Shown piece by piece: positions 23,632 through 34,948 of a DNA stretch of 64,000 nt (its first letter is position 1; each line of letters starts with the position of its first letter). Below the pieces are notes generated by a model. The model was given only the letters and a program-made list of their open reading frames with translations. It was not told the origin of the DNA and did not search any database. A program made the translations under genes and the position numbers. Source of the stretch: Cystobasidiomycetes sp. EMM_F5 (Eukaryota); NCBI GenBank assembly GCA_051047955.1, contig JBPGPT010000005.1:124001-188000 (forward strand). Reading direction: 5' to 3'.

Positions 23632-26603
23632 ATGCAGCAACGTCAAGTCAGTGTCGGCGTATCTGCGGGCACTGGCGGTGTCTCCGTCGGGGTTGGTGGT
23701 GGAGGAGCCAGCACTACAGCGAGAACAACCCAAGCTGCGACGACTTCCAACGGTGGCGGCAATGCCGCTACGTCAAGGTCCTCAGGTGCGCCGTCGTCTG
23801 AGCCAGGTTAGCAGTCTTAAACACTGCTTCTGCTACTACGTCGATATATCCAGAGACTCTGCGCAATACTGATGCTCTGACTGCTTTTGCTTCCATTCGT
23901 CCGATAACATCGTCTGCCGATCCCATCTGGTCGAAACGTTAAACGCATCTGCCCATATTGTATTCCGACGCTGCGACACGCGGCAATTGGAAATCTGGCT
24001 CATGCTCTTGTCGCCGTCATTACTGCACCGTCGTCTGGATCGTCCGTGTTCCATGCTTGGCGATCCCGCATCTGATAAACTGGCTCGCACCTCGACTGTC
24101 ACAACATGTTGACGCATGCATCTTCTTCACGCCTAACGTAAGTGCCTTTCATTCACAATCAACACCGCCCCACCCGTTCCCTTACTCGCTTGGCAACCGC
24201 TCTGGCCCGGCCGACGATTGTTCCTGCCGGATCGGGTCGTCGTACTGCCCGCTTTGTCGGATTACATTGCTTCGTTTCGTATGATTCGTTTGCTCGGTCT
24301 GCAATACGCAACAATCCTGCCAAATCTGTTGTCATTTACATTATCCATTTCTACTCTGTTTGGTGGATATTTTTGGCTGACCATAAAGCGTCTTCATCCT
24401 TCTCTTCTATCACGCCATCAACGACACCTTACGTTCCTTCCACCACGTCTACTCGCCCACTAACGACATCCGTACCGACTCCTACGTCATCGACGGCTGG
24501 TCCCGTAACGAACACACAAACAAACCCTGTTACGAACGATATTACAACGACTCTTACGCGAATTCCCGTGACTACGCCCACTACAGTCACAAATGGCGCA
24601 TCTGTCTCGACTGCTCAACAACCTCAATCGACACCTACAACGACAATTGTACGACAATCAACGACTACTCCCAATGTATCCGTGACACCAACTTCGTCGA
24701 CTGCTCCTACTGCTGTCACGTCTGACGAACCTGTAACGACATCTCCAAACTCTGCGCCTGACACTATTGTGTCATCTGCACCGCCTACTGCAGCCCCAGC
24801 GACATCCGCCGCACCAGTGACAACTTCGCAAATTGTGTCATCAGCGAATCCTACGTCAAGACCCGCATCATCAAGCTCAATTCCCGCGGCAGCGTCATCT
24901 TCTCCAGCTGCGAACTCCTCCCCTGCTAGCACCAACGCTGTCACCACATCCAATGCAGGTGCGTTACTGTCACTGGAGCAGGGAGGGAGTGTCAATGTAG
25001 CCTGAGCATTCACACGGCGGGATGTTGACACTCCCCGATGCTGTTCTGCACTCATTGCGAAGAACTGATTCCCTGAGTTTTAGCGCCTCAATCTCCTATA
25101 CAAACGACTGCCGTCGCGACTTCTGCACAAACTCCCCTTTCTTCCGTCGCCTCACCGGCTACAACCGTTGCTGCCGCCACGACTGCGCAATCAAATGTAG
25201 GAACAGCTTCAAGCGCTGCTGCCGGTGCGTCATCTGCTGCCTCAAATCCAGCTGCTGCGTCGTCGACTACTGTTGTTACAGGTAAGCCGGCGACTTGTGC
25301 GCAACACATCCTGCGTTTTCATAACCTTGTCTTACTTGAAAGTATCGTCACCGCCCGTCTCGTCCATCGTTTCGTCGGCGTCTTCAACCGCTTCTTCCCC
25401 TGCAGCGGCCGCGACAACTGTTACCGAATCAGCGGTTGCAGTCGTATCTACTACTTCTGCTCCCAGTACGACCACGGCTGTCATCACCGAAGAGTCTACC
25501 GCTTTGTTGACGACGTTGAGCACGCAATCGGTCATGACGACAACCGGCTTGATTACCACTACTAACAGTCTAGGGCAAGCTATCGTTCTTACGTCAGTTA
25601 TCACGATAACTGGCGAGACCGCGCTCGTTACAGCTTTTGCCACTGTTGGTTCTGGATCTCAGCTCAATGATGGATCACAGAATGCGACCGGCAAGACTGG
25701 ATTCTTTGGCAATACCGGTGCCGTTGCTGGTACATTCATCGCTGTTGGCTTAGCTGTTTTGGGATTGGGTGCAGCAGCCATCTTTCTAGCGCGTCGACGA
25801 AGAAGGCGGCGAGCTCTTGACGAGGATCTGCGTGTTGCTGCCGGTGGTGCAGGAGACGGCGGTGCCGGCACGAGTCGGTTCCATGATGATGATGAGTAGG
25901 TCTAGGTCGCTCATGGAGTTTGCGCAAAGTGCCTGCCTGATGATTTTGCTCGCAGCGATGAAGAAGATTACAACTCCTCCAGCAATGCTCATGGAGCGTA
26001 CAAGCCACCATTGATGAGTCAGTACAATAATAGAGGCCTTCCGCCTGGTGCCTCGCCATACAATCCTACATCTTCTGGAATTTCACCCACTTTGGTATCG
26101 CACGCTCCGTCTCAGGGCTCTTTCGGTGGCATGTCTTCCAACACAGCCTATGGCGGCATGGCAGCGGCTGGTACTGGTGCAGGTGCTGCCGCTGTCGCGA
26201 GCAGTAGCATGCCCTCCAGGAAGCTCAGCTCAAGGTCCGGCATGCAGTCGCAAGCCACGCGGCCGCCTTCATATGCGACTCAGGGCTATTTGGATCAGTA
26301 CGGACCTGCTGGCGGATATGCAGGAGCAGGAGCTGCTGCAGGCTACGCAAACTATTCGAATGTACTACGTGCTTCGCCTTCGGAAGAGGAAAGTCCGGAA
26401 GGCTCCAGAGAGTCGCATATTCGTAGATCTGGTTCGGCTTCTGGTCTGATGGCCGACGTGGATGAAGAGGCTGACGCGAGCATCTACTCGACTGATGACA
26501 TGTGAGTTGGCTTGATTATTACGATGCAAACTCGAAGTCTGACAGCAAAATGGCTTGCAGTGGCCAACGGAACTTGCACGTAGTGAATCCCTCGCAAGAA
26601 TGA
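23632..26603 (+). CDS. Mid2/Wsc-like Ser/Thr-rich single-pass membrane protein (candidate cell-wall sensor/mucin); 5' end uncertain
   Basis: Long S/T/P/A stalk; GFFGNTGAVAGTFIAVGLAVLGLGAAAIFL TM helix followed by RRRRRRR; cytoplasmic tail ending LHVVNPSQE. Confidence 0.85.
24985..25035 (+). other. Intronic stem-loop (11-bp perfect inverted repeat, extendable with G.U pairs)
   Basis: GGGAGTGTCAA (24985-24995) / TTGACACTCCC (25025-25035) inside intron 24959-25083. Confidence 0.8.
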
Positions 26604-26981
26604 GACATATACAATAAAATACGAAATGATAAGCATCGCGGGCATGAAATGCCGCCTTTAATCGCAGAACAACATACGGACACATACACGCATTTATCTT
26701 TCCGACCAAATCTTCAGTATAATAGTAGCGAGATCGCAATCAGATATGTAGAGAAGGCGTGTTTAGATCAAGTTCATAGTGCAATTCAAGTCGAGTCTCC
26801 ATGCTAACGCAGGCCAGCAGTTGGATTGCATCAGATACATCTGTTTTCTATATAAACATGTCGTACAATGCACTGCGGTGTTCCACCCCAAGCGGACTGC
26901 TTTTGACTGAGCAACAGACTCTCGAGGTTTGTTGAGCTCCACAACGATACTGCGGCCTGCCCGCGTGTCAAGCTCCGAGCA

Positions 26982-29629
26982 ATGCCAGCTCCGGCTGCCC
27001 CAGCTGCCGCCGTTGCTGCCGTCCAGCAAGCTGCAGGCGGTCAAGCCAGACAAGGTCAGCGAGATGGCGGCCGCGGATGGCAGGATATGGTGTTTGGTGC
27101 GCTCAAGGTGAGTGGTCGTGCTTCGAAGCAGCGTATTGTCGGTGTCTGATGTGTGATTGAATACGTACGCCTGGATATCCATTGCCGCAGACTTGGGTAA
27201 TTGTGACTGTCGCAACCCAAGGCATAAAGTACTTTTTCGACAAGCAAAAGGGTGGACAGACTCCAGCTGCACCACAAGTTGCAGTCTCAAATCCAGCGAG
27301 CGCATCCGGATCTTCGTCTGGACCTGTCACCACAGCGCCGGTCAATGGATCTGCAGTTCCGAATGCCATGCCATTGTGGCCCCAAGGGACCGTCTTTGAT
27401 GCCCATCTCTACATTACCGCACCACCTCACAGCGGTATCAATTTCGACAATCCATCGTATCCGCATACCACGTTCACCGGCCTCGTCATGGGCGACTGGA
27501 AGTGGAAGGAAAGCTGGACGACTGAGGTGAAACTACCCAAGGTTGCTTTTATTCTCCACAAGATTGCATGCCAAGCGCTGATGTGATGTGGCTGCAATCA
27601 TGCGCGCAGGATGTGCAAAGAAACGGTACACTGTTCCTCGATACCATTTTAGTTCGCAATGGCTCGCCCATCAACCCCGTCAAGCCGGGTTTCAATCACG
27701 AGAATGTCCGATACGTGCGGAAGGGTAAGTGTTCCAGCTACAAGTTATCCACTTGAGAGATGCTCTAACAGCCCCTTGCGTTCGGCAGCTCTCATGAATT
27801 ATCAGAGGCAAAAGCGCATCCGCGTCGAGAGGAATCTCATCTCTGGCGGGGATCAGGAAGTAGCCGAGACCCTCGCAGAAGCCGAAGAAAAGGATAAGGC
27901 TATGCCGATAATATCATAGTGCGCGCCTTGCCATTGCAGAAACAAAGCCGTCGGTATCTCATTCCGAATTTTCCAGCTACCATCCGAATGTCTCTCTCAC
28001 TTTGGTGTCTAATGCGGGACCATTTCCAATCAGCGGATTGCAGCCTCAAATCGCTCAACGTGAGGTAGTAGGAGCGGACTAGCAACAGCTGTAACTGACG
28101 CGAGCTCGCCTCAGATGTCCAGTTTGTGCCGCCAGCAGCTGGAGATACTGTCCCTCGATATCAGCCTATCGTCTTTGCGAATACCTTCTGGCAGCTCAAG
28201 TCTGGCATGTATCCCATCAATGAGACTGTGACGTGAGAGACAAATATCGGCTGCATTCGCTCAAGATCTGGTCGCTGATGACGCTGGTTCTCCTAGTACG
28301 GTCCCGCTTCACGTCACTTTCCAGCCCATTGGCGTGACGAAATGGCAGATTTTTGCTACGATGGACGAGTCGTTCAAAGCGGCGTCCGAACAGCAAGGTA
28401 TGGGTGCCGACATGGACGAGTTCAAGCGGGTTCTCCTCGAGACAAATCCTATCCTGCTCGCTACGACTGTCATCGTCACGGTACTGCACATGCTGTTTGA
28501 GATGCTCGCCTTCAAGAATGATGTTAGCCATTGGCGAAACACGAAGAGTCAAGTTGGCGTGTCTCTCCGCACGATTATCACAAATGTAGTCGTTCAGCTT
28601 ATTATCACGCTATACCTCTTTGACAATTCGACAGACACGTAAGTAACGTATTCTGTAGGAGCCGCTGTGGTCGCATACTGAAGAATTGAGCATACGCCTT
28701 GAAACAGTTCCTGGATGATTCTTTTCAGTCAAGGCATGGGTTTACTGATCGAAGCATGGAAGATTACAAAAGCCGTCGACATTCGACTTGTACCGAATCC
28801 TGCCGGCGTCTTGCCGTACAAGGTGGAAATCAAGGACAAGCATGAGTTATCCAAGGAGGAGCAAGAGACCAAGGAATACGACAAGCTTGCCTTTAGATAT
28901 GTTGGCATTGGCTTTGCGCCCTTCATGGTGGCATACACTATATACAGCCTGATCTACGAATCCCATCGCGGTTGGTACTCGTTCACCATCAGCACCCTTA
29001 CTCAGGTGAGGGACGCGAATTTCGATGTCTAAAATCTGCGACTGAGTATCTATCGCTGGTAATAGGCTGTTCATCTCTTTGGCTTCGCTCTTATGATCCC
29101 GCAGCTCATTATCAACTATAAACTCAAGAGCGTCGCCCATCTGCCCATGAGGTCGTTAACGTACAAGTTCTTGAATACTATAGGTCAGTACCTCTTGGCG
29201 AGCTCTAGCGCATCAGACCCGCGTCTGAGAACGCGAATCATATGCAGTCGACGATTTCTTCTCATTCGTCATCAAGATGCCAACGCTTCATCGCATTGCA
29301 TGTTTCCGTGATGATGTTGTCTTTGTCATTCGTAAGTTTTGAATGTCCCAGTAGATTGACAGCAGTGACCAGATGAGCTGACATTTGGTCGATACCCAGT
29401 ATTGTATCAGATGTACATCTATAAGGTCGACTACAAGCGAGCCAACGAGTACTCGCAGGTTGGCACTGACTATGTGGAGAAGGAAAAGAGTGAACAGGTA
29501 GACGAGATCGTAACTTCAGCTATCACTGCTACTGCGCTCGATTCAAGGCGGGTCGAACCTGAGAAGGAAAAGCAAAAGGCAGAGGCGGTGAGTACTGTCC
29601 GCAAGGACGAGAGCAAAAAGGACATATAG
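26982..29629 (+). CDS. CLPTM1 family membrane protein, many exons
   Basis: DEFKRVLLETNPILLATTVIVTVLHMLFEMLAFKNDVSHW, IEAWKITKAVD, MIPQLIINYKLKSVAHLP, YKVDYKRANEY. Confidence 0.92.
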
Positions 29630-29949
29630 CCCGGGTTTCTGTGAACATCGCATTTCGTACGATTAAATGTTGATCAGTCTCGTTGTCGTATATGCTTTCG
29701 AACGCATGCTTAAAGTAGAAGGCAGTATGTGGCTTGCTGCACGTTCGCATGGATCTTAAATCGCGGTAGGGAGGTAAAACTATTGTCCATTACGTCGTGA
29801 AAAGTATACAACGGTATGCGCAACGAGCGTGATATGTAGAGCCACAGGAGCGCAGGACTTGTCGGGTCGCAATGCCTAGCGACGACGACCACGCTCATGG
29901 AGGCGGGAGCGCGACCACCCTGCTGTGTGGTACATGCACAGTTGAAGCC

Positions 29950-30601
29950 TTACACCAGCAGGGCCGCGACAGCGCCAATTAGAGCGACCGCGGATACTGC
30001 AATAGGCATGCTGGAGCGGAAAGCTCCGTTTGACGGTGTGGGAGAAGCGGATGACTTGGTGGCAGTGCCGGCGTTGTTGTTCACCCCGCTCGTTCCAGAT
30101 GCAGAGGATCCGTTGGTAGAGCAGCTGGGACATCACGGCGTAGGGTAGTCAGTACATTCGGTCATAGGCGTATCGTAAAGCTGCCAACGTACGCAGTGAA
30201 GAGGGAATTGATGGCCGAAACTTCATACGCGGTCGTGCCGTTCAGACTGTTGATGCAGCTGTGGCACGTGTTGAGTAAGGCGACCTGGCTTGAGACGGGG
30301 CAGATGCACGAGACGACGCCAGCATCCGTCAAGTTGGAGCATTCTGTTGAAGTCATTGTCAGAGTGACACAGCGATTATTTTGCTGCCAAACAGTGTGCA
30401 CACTCACTCGTCACGGCCACCGAGACGTTGTAGCATGCATTGACACAGCCTAGACATTAACAGTCCTCAGCATACTCTGTATGGCCCATCTAGCAGCACT
30501 GTTGACCCACTATCAGTGCCAGTGATACGCTGGGCAATTGCGCCAGTCGCAGCCAGGACGGCAACAGCAGCGGCAACGAGGGGCGACGCGAAGAACTTCA
30601 T
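29950..30601 (-). CDS. Small secreted Cys-containing, probably GPI-anchored protein
   Basis: Signal peptide MKFFASPLVAAAVAVLAATGAIAQ; SCIC...TCHSC core; S/T linker; C-terminal SNGAFRSSMPIAVSAVALIGAVAALLV*. Confidence 0.8.
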
Positions 30602-31095
30602 ATTGTTGAATGGAGAATGGGCGAATCGAAAATGAGTGTTTGTGTGAGACTGGCAACATGAGATGTGACTTGTCAGTTTGGCAGTCTGGACTGGAATGCA
30701 CAGCCTGTCGCCCAACCCTGGCGACAACTTGCGCCCAAAAGGACTCACATCTTAAATGAGCGTGGTTGTTTGTGTGCAGCAGAAAGCAAGATCAGTGTGT
30801 TGTAGGATGAACGGCGGACTCAGACCAGTATTTGCAAATCAACTCGTCAACCAGCCCGCGTTGTTTGTATTTTTCGGCGAGCGCCCTGGCAGGCCACCAG
30901 GCAGGCACGGCAAAGAGGCAGGCAGAGGCATGCGAAAAGGCTCATGCATTCTGCAATAAACAGGCCAAGCTGGGTGTCAGCGCGCGTGTAGATATTGCGC
31001 TGTCAAGCAGTTCTGCAATAACGACACGCGTAATTTGATTTCATACGCGGCTAATATTGCCGTTTTAACTTTTCCGACAAACAGATTTTACGGAA

Positions 31096-32651
31096 TCATT
31101 GGATGTGCACGACTAGCTTGCCTGTGGTCTTTCTTCCCGCCAGATCCTCATGCGCTTGACGCATTCCCTCGACCGAGAAAGGATAGCCATCCTTCCATGT
31201 CTCGAGCTTGAATGCTCCTTTGGCATACATATCCAACAATTCATCAGAGTACGTCTTCATTTCCTCCTTGGTCACGACATAGTTGTTGAGTACCGGTCGG
31301 CAGACTGTGAGGAGCAGGCAGAGATGTTGAGTAGGTTTAAGTCAAGCATAAGATACACCTCACGCACCTTTGAGATTCTTGGCGCCCAACTTGAGCGGCG
31401 CAAAAGGAGGGACTGGCCCAGAGGCGTTCCCGAACGTTACTAGCGTAGCCTTGCGCCTTGCTACTTCAAAGTCGCTCTCCCAGGTATCGGCACCCACGCC
31501 ATCGAGTACGGCGTGTACGCCCTCTCCATCCGGAGTGAGGGCTTTGATCTTTTTCACGACTTCGGGTAAGGTGTCCTTGGAGTAGATGATGACGTGTTCT
31601 GCACCATTGGCTTTCGCTAGCTTTGCCTTTTCTTCAGTCGAAGTCGTCCCGATGACATTTACGCCAATGTATGACAGCCTGCAAGCCGGCAACACGGTCA
31701 GAAAGGTGTTGAGTTCCTCTGTTGACGTCAACCCACATTTGACACAGTAAAAGGCCGACGCCGCCCGCAGCAGCGTGGACGAGAATGTATTGACCCTTTT
31801 GAGCAGGGTGAGCTTCACGGATCATAGTGAGGGTAGTCAAGCCCTGCAGGAGGACTGCTGCGCCATCCGCTGTGCTGACACCTTCCGGGAGACGTGCCAG
31901 CTGTTTCTCCGCTGCCAGGCAGTACTCGGCAAATCCGCCTTCGCTTGTATATGCCTGCATTGTGTGCAGACAAGTAGAATGAGATCGAGCGACCTGATGC
32001 CTGCCTGGAACACGATTGCACTCACAGCTACGTTGTCGCCGACCTTATAGTCTGAGACACCCTCGCCTACGGCAACGATGCGGCCCGCAGGCTAAACGGA
32101 TGTGAGCTCGACTTGTGTCGGGCTGAATTGGATAATACTCACTTCGTGACCCATCGAATATGGCAATTCGACCTTGTAGATGCCTCCTCTCTGTGTTTTC
32201 AATTCGATGATGATTCAGCTGTCTTCTCGAGCATGTCAGCAGTTTAGCCGGACCTTGTATGTGTCAATAAAGTTGACGCTGCGAGCAGTAGGACTTGACA
32301 TCAGTAACGAGCTCTAACATCTTCCAAAGTCAGTGTTGTCAATCACCCAGCATGCTCCACTTTAATCAAGACCTGACCCTGACCGGGTTTCGGCACTGGA
32401 ATCTCGTCCATCTGCATGACTTCCGGTCCGCCCTGCTTGTGGATGCGGATTGCCCTCATCGTCTCTGGTAGGCCAGCCATATCTCCGAAACTCCTAAAGC
32501 GTTGGATGGGAGTCCGCCGAGCAAAGGTCGAAGTAGCGATATGCGACTGGACTGCCGACAGTCGACGCGCAGTGATGGCAGCGGGGAGGGTCCCGAGTGC
32601 AGCAGTGTAGCTTGTATATCTCGGTGACGATATCAAAAGCCGTCGTTGCAT
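31096..32651 (-). CDS. ZTA1: NADPH:quinone oxidoreductase (zeta-crystallin/Zta1-like MDR)
   Basis: MRAIRIHKQGGPEV, GVNFIDTY, LLQGLTTLT, VHAAAGGVGLL, VTFGNASGPV, KTTGKLVV; second ATG at 32483. Confidence 0.88.
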
Positions 32652-32684
32652 GAAAAGGTGCAGAGGCAGCCGTTGCACAACTAA

Positions 32685-32712
32685 TAAGTCTATGATAGTA
32701 AGTCTATGATAG
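32685..32712. repeat. Perfect 14-bp tandem duplication (TAAGTCTATGATAG x2) in the ZTA1/ERG4 divergent promoter
   Basis: Seen directly. Confidence 0.9.
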
Positions 32713-32880
32713 TACTCTAATTGCCAATACTAGCAGTGGTCAACGAGCTAGCCATTGAGAACTGCCATTGCTTGTCTTGAACATTGAACGCTTTCAAGTC
32801 GAGTCGAAGTCTAGGCTCGACATCTTGCTGTCAATCTGACGGGTTCTTAGCTCTCGACCGAATTAGAGCTCTTTTGAGCC

Positions 32881-34731
32881 ATGGCAGCCGGGCAGCGCAA
32901 AACAGCGTCCGCGGCGTCGCAGCTCGATGGTCACCGTACGCCAGAGCCAGGGCCGAGTGCTGCCAGCCTCGACAAGGTAGGCGTGTAGTCCCTGTTCTGT
33001 TGTCGTACGAGACAAGGCGCGCGACTGATATTTGAAAGAATGCGTCTACAGAAAGATGTTGCGGCAAAAGCAACAGCGTCGCCTAATGGCCAGACAACCG
33101 TCTCCGATGACGAGCATCACAGCTACGAGGTGTGTTCGGACAATGCACGCGCAGTCGGAATCGCAGAATCGCTTGACAGCCGTGCCTGATGCTGATGCTG
33201 GTGCTGATTGCTGCTGACGCAGTTTGGCGGACCAGTCGGAGTCTCTGCCATGATGATATGCTCGCCGCTCCTCATGTACTACCTCTGGGGCTGTCTCGTC
33301 TTTTACGATGGGAAACTCATAATTCCAAAGTCGTTCAGACCCGAAGATGTTGTCGGCTTTTTCCAGCAGTTCGGAAGCCTTGTCAGAGATGTGAGTCTCT
33401 GATGCATAATGCAAGTCTCATCAGGGCTGAAGTTATAAATTTCCTCCTTCTTCTCTCGCTAGCACGCATATCCGTCATTGCGCGGCGCACAGATCTATCT
33501 CGGTCTAGTGGCCATTCAATTGGTCCTCGCAGCCATCGTACCAGGATATCAGCAGGAAGGACTGCCAGTATCTTCTCTCAAGGGAAAGAGACTCTTGTAC
33601 AATTGCAATGCACTCGGATGCTGGTACATCACCCTCGCTCTGGCTGCCGGACTGCAATTCTCGGGCCTCTTCAGCCTCAGTCAGCTCATTGACCATTTCG
33701 GCGAAATCATGACCTGGAGCATGATTTGTGGGTACACTCTTGGTGCGTAAAACTGAGTGTGTTGCTGCTACAATCTCGCTAAGAGCCAAGACTATGACAG
33801 CCCTCGTTTGCTACGGAATTGGCGTAACGCTCGGCAACCCAATCAGGATGAGTGGAAATGTGATTTACGACTATTTCGCCGGAGCTGTTCTCAACCCGCG
33901 CTTGGGAAATATCGACATTAAAATGTGGTGCGAAGTACGCATCCCGTGGGTTCTGCAGTTCCTACTCGCGCTAGCCGGTTGTGCAAAGCAGTACGAAACG
34001 TACGGCTACGTCTCCCCCAATCAAGCCTTCATGGTCCTAGGCACGGGCTTGTACATCAATGCTTGTGCAAAAGGCGAAGAGCTCATTCCGCAGACGTGGG
34101 ATATGGTCTATGAAAAGTTTGGGTGGCTACTCTCCTTTTGGAATCTGGCAGGCGTGCCCTTCTCATACTCGTATCCCATACTCTACATGGCCACACACGA
34201 TCCTAGCTTGTACCGCTATCCAGTATGGGCTACTGTCCTTTTGTACGCTACTCTGCTTTTTGCAAACTGGGTATGGGATTCGTCCATGAGTCAGAAGAGC
34301 TATTTCAAGATGGAAACGGACGGTAATACCCGTATGGCGCGCAAATCCTTCCCTCAAATGCCGTGGGCCAGAGTCAAGAATCCGAAATTCATTCAGACCA
34401 AGCATGGAAACAGATTGCTAACTGATGGATGGTGGAAGTATGCCCGCAAGCCCGTGAGTCGACATTCAGTCAGCCCATCTACACTTTTATGCGCTGCTGA
34501 TTCTATTCACCGGCATTGTAGAATTACTCGTCCGATTTTGTACAAATCACATGCTGGTGTCTGTCTGCTGGATTCAACACGCCAATCACCTACTGGCTGA
34601 GCGCCTTCTTCCTCGCCATGCTCTTCCACCGTACCGGCCGCGACTTTGAGCGATGTCACAGAAAGTACGGCAAGGACTGGGAAGAGTACATGCGCGTCGT
34701 CCCGTATAAATTCATTCCTGGCATTTGGTAG
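32881..34731 (+). CDS. ERG4: Delta24(24-1)-sterol reductase (ERG4/ERG24 family)
   Basis: YEFGGPVGV, LNPRLGNIDIKMWCEVRIPW, NACAKGEELIPQTWDM, LLTDGWWKYARKPNY, RCHRKYGKDWEEYMRVVPYKFIPG. Confidence 0.93.
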
Positions 34732-34948
34732 TTGTCAACCGGGCGAGGCGAGTGGCGAGTACAGTCAGGGCAATGAGTAGATGCAAAAAAGGACTCTCTT
34801 TTCCTCGGAATGGGAAGGCATGATGTGTCCGCCAAACTTTGTCGACTCTTTCATTGAGCTTCGCACGCACTGATCCTGCAGATATGCTATATAACGACTA
34901 TCTCCGACGCCCAGACTCCACCAAATCGATGTAGAGCGCCACCTCTAA

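Noticed and set aside
24999..25075. TPP-riboswitch-like fragment (GCCTGAG...ACGGC...GAACTGAT) in an intron
   Set aside because: Lacks the TGAGA and GATCTGGATAATACCAGCG-type cores, and the host gene is not thiamine related
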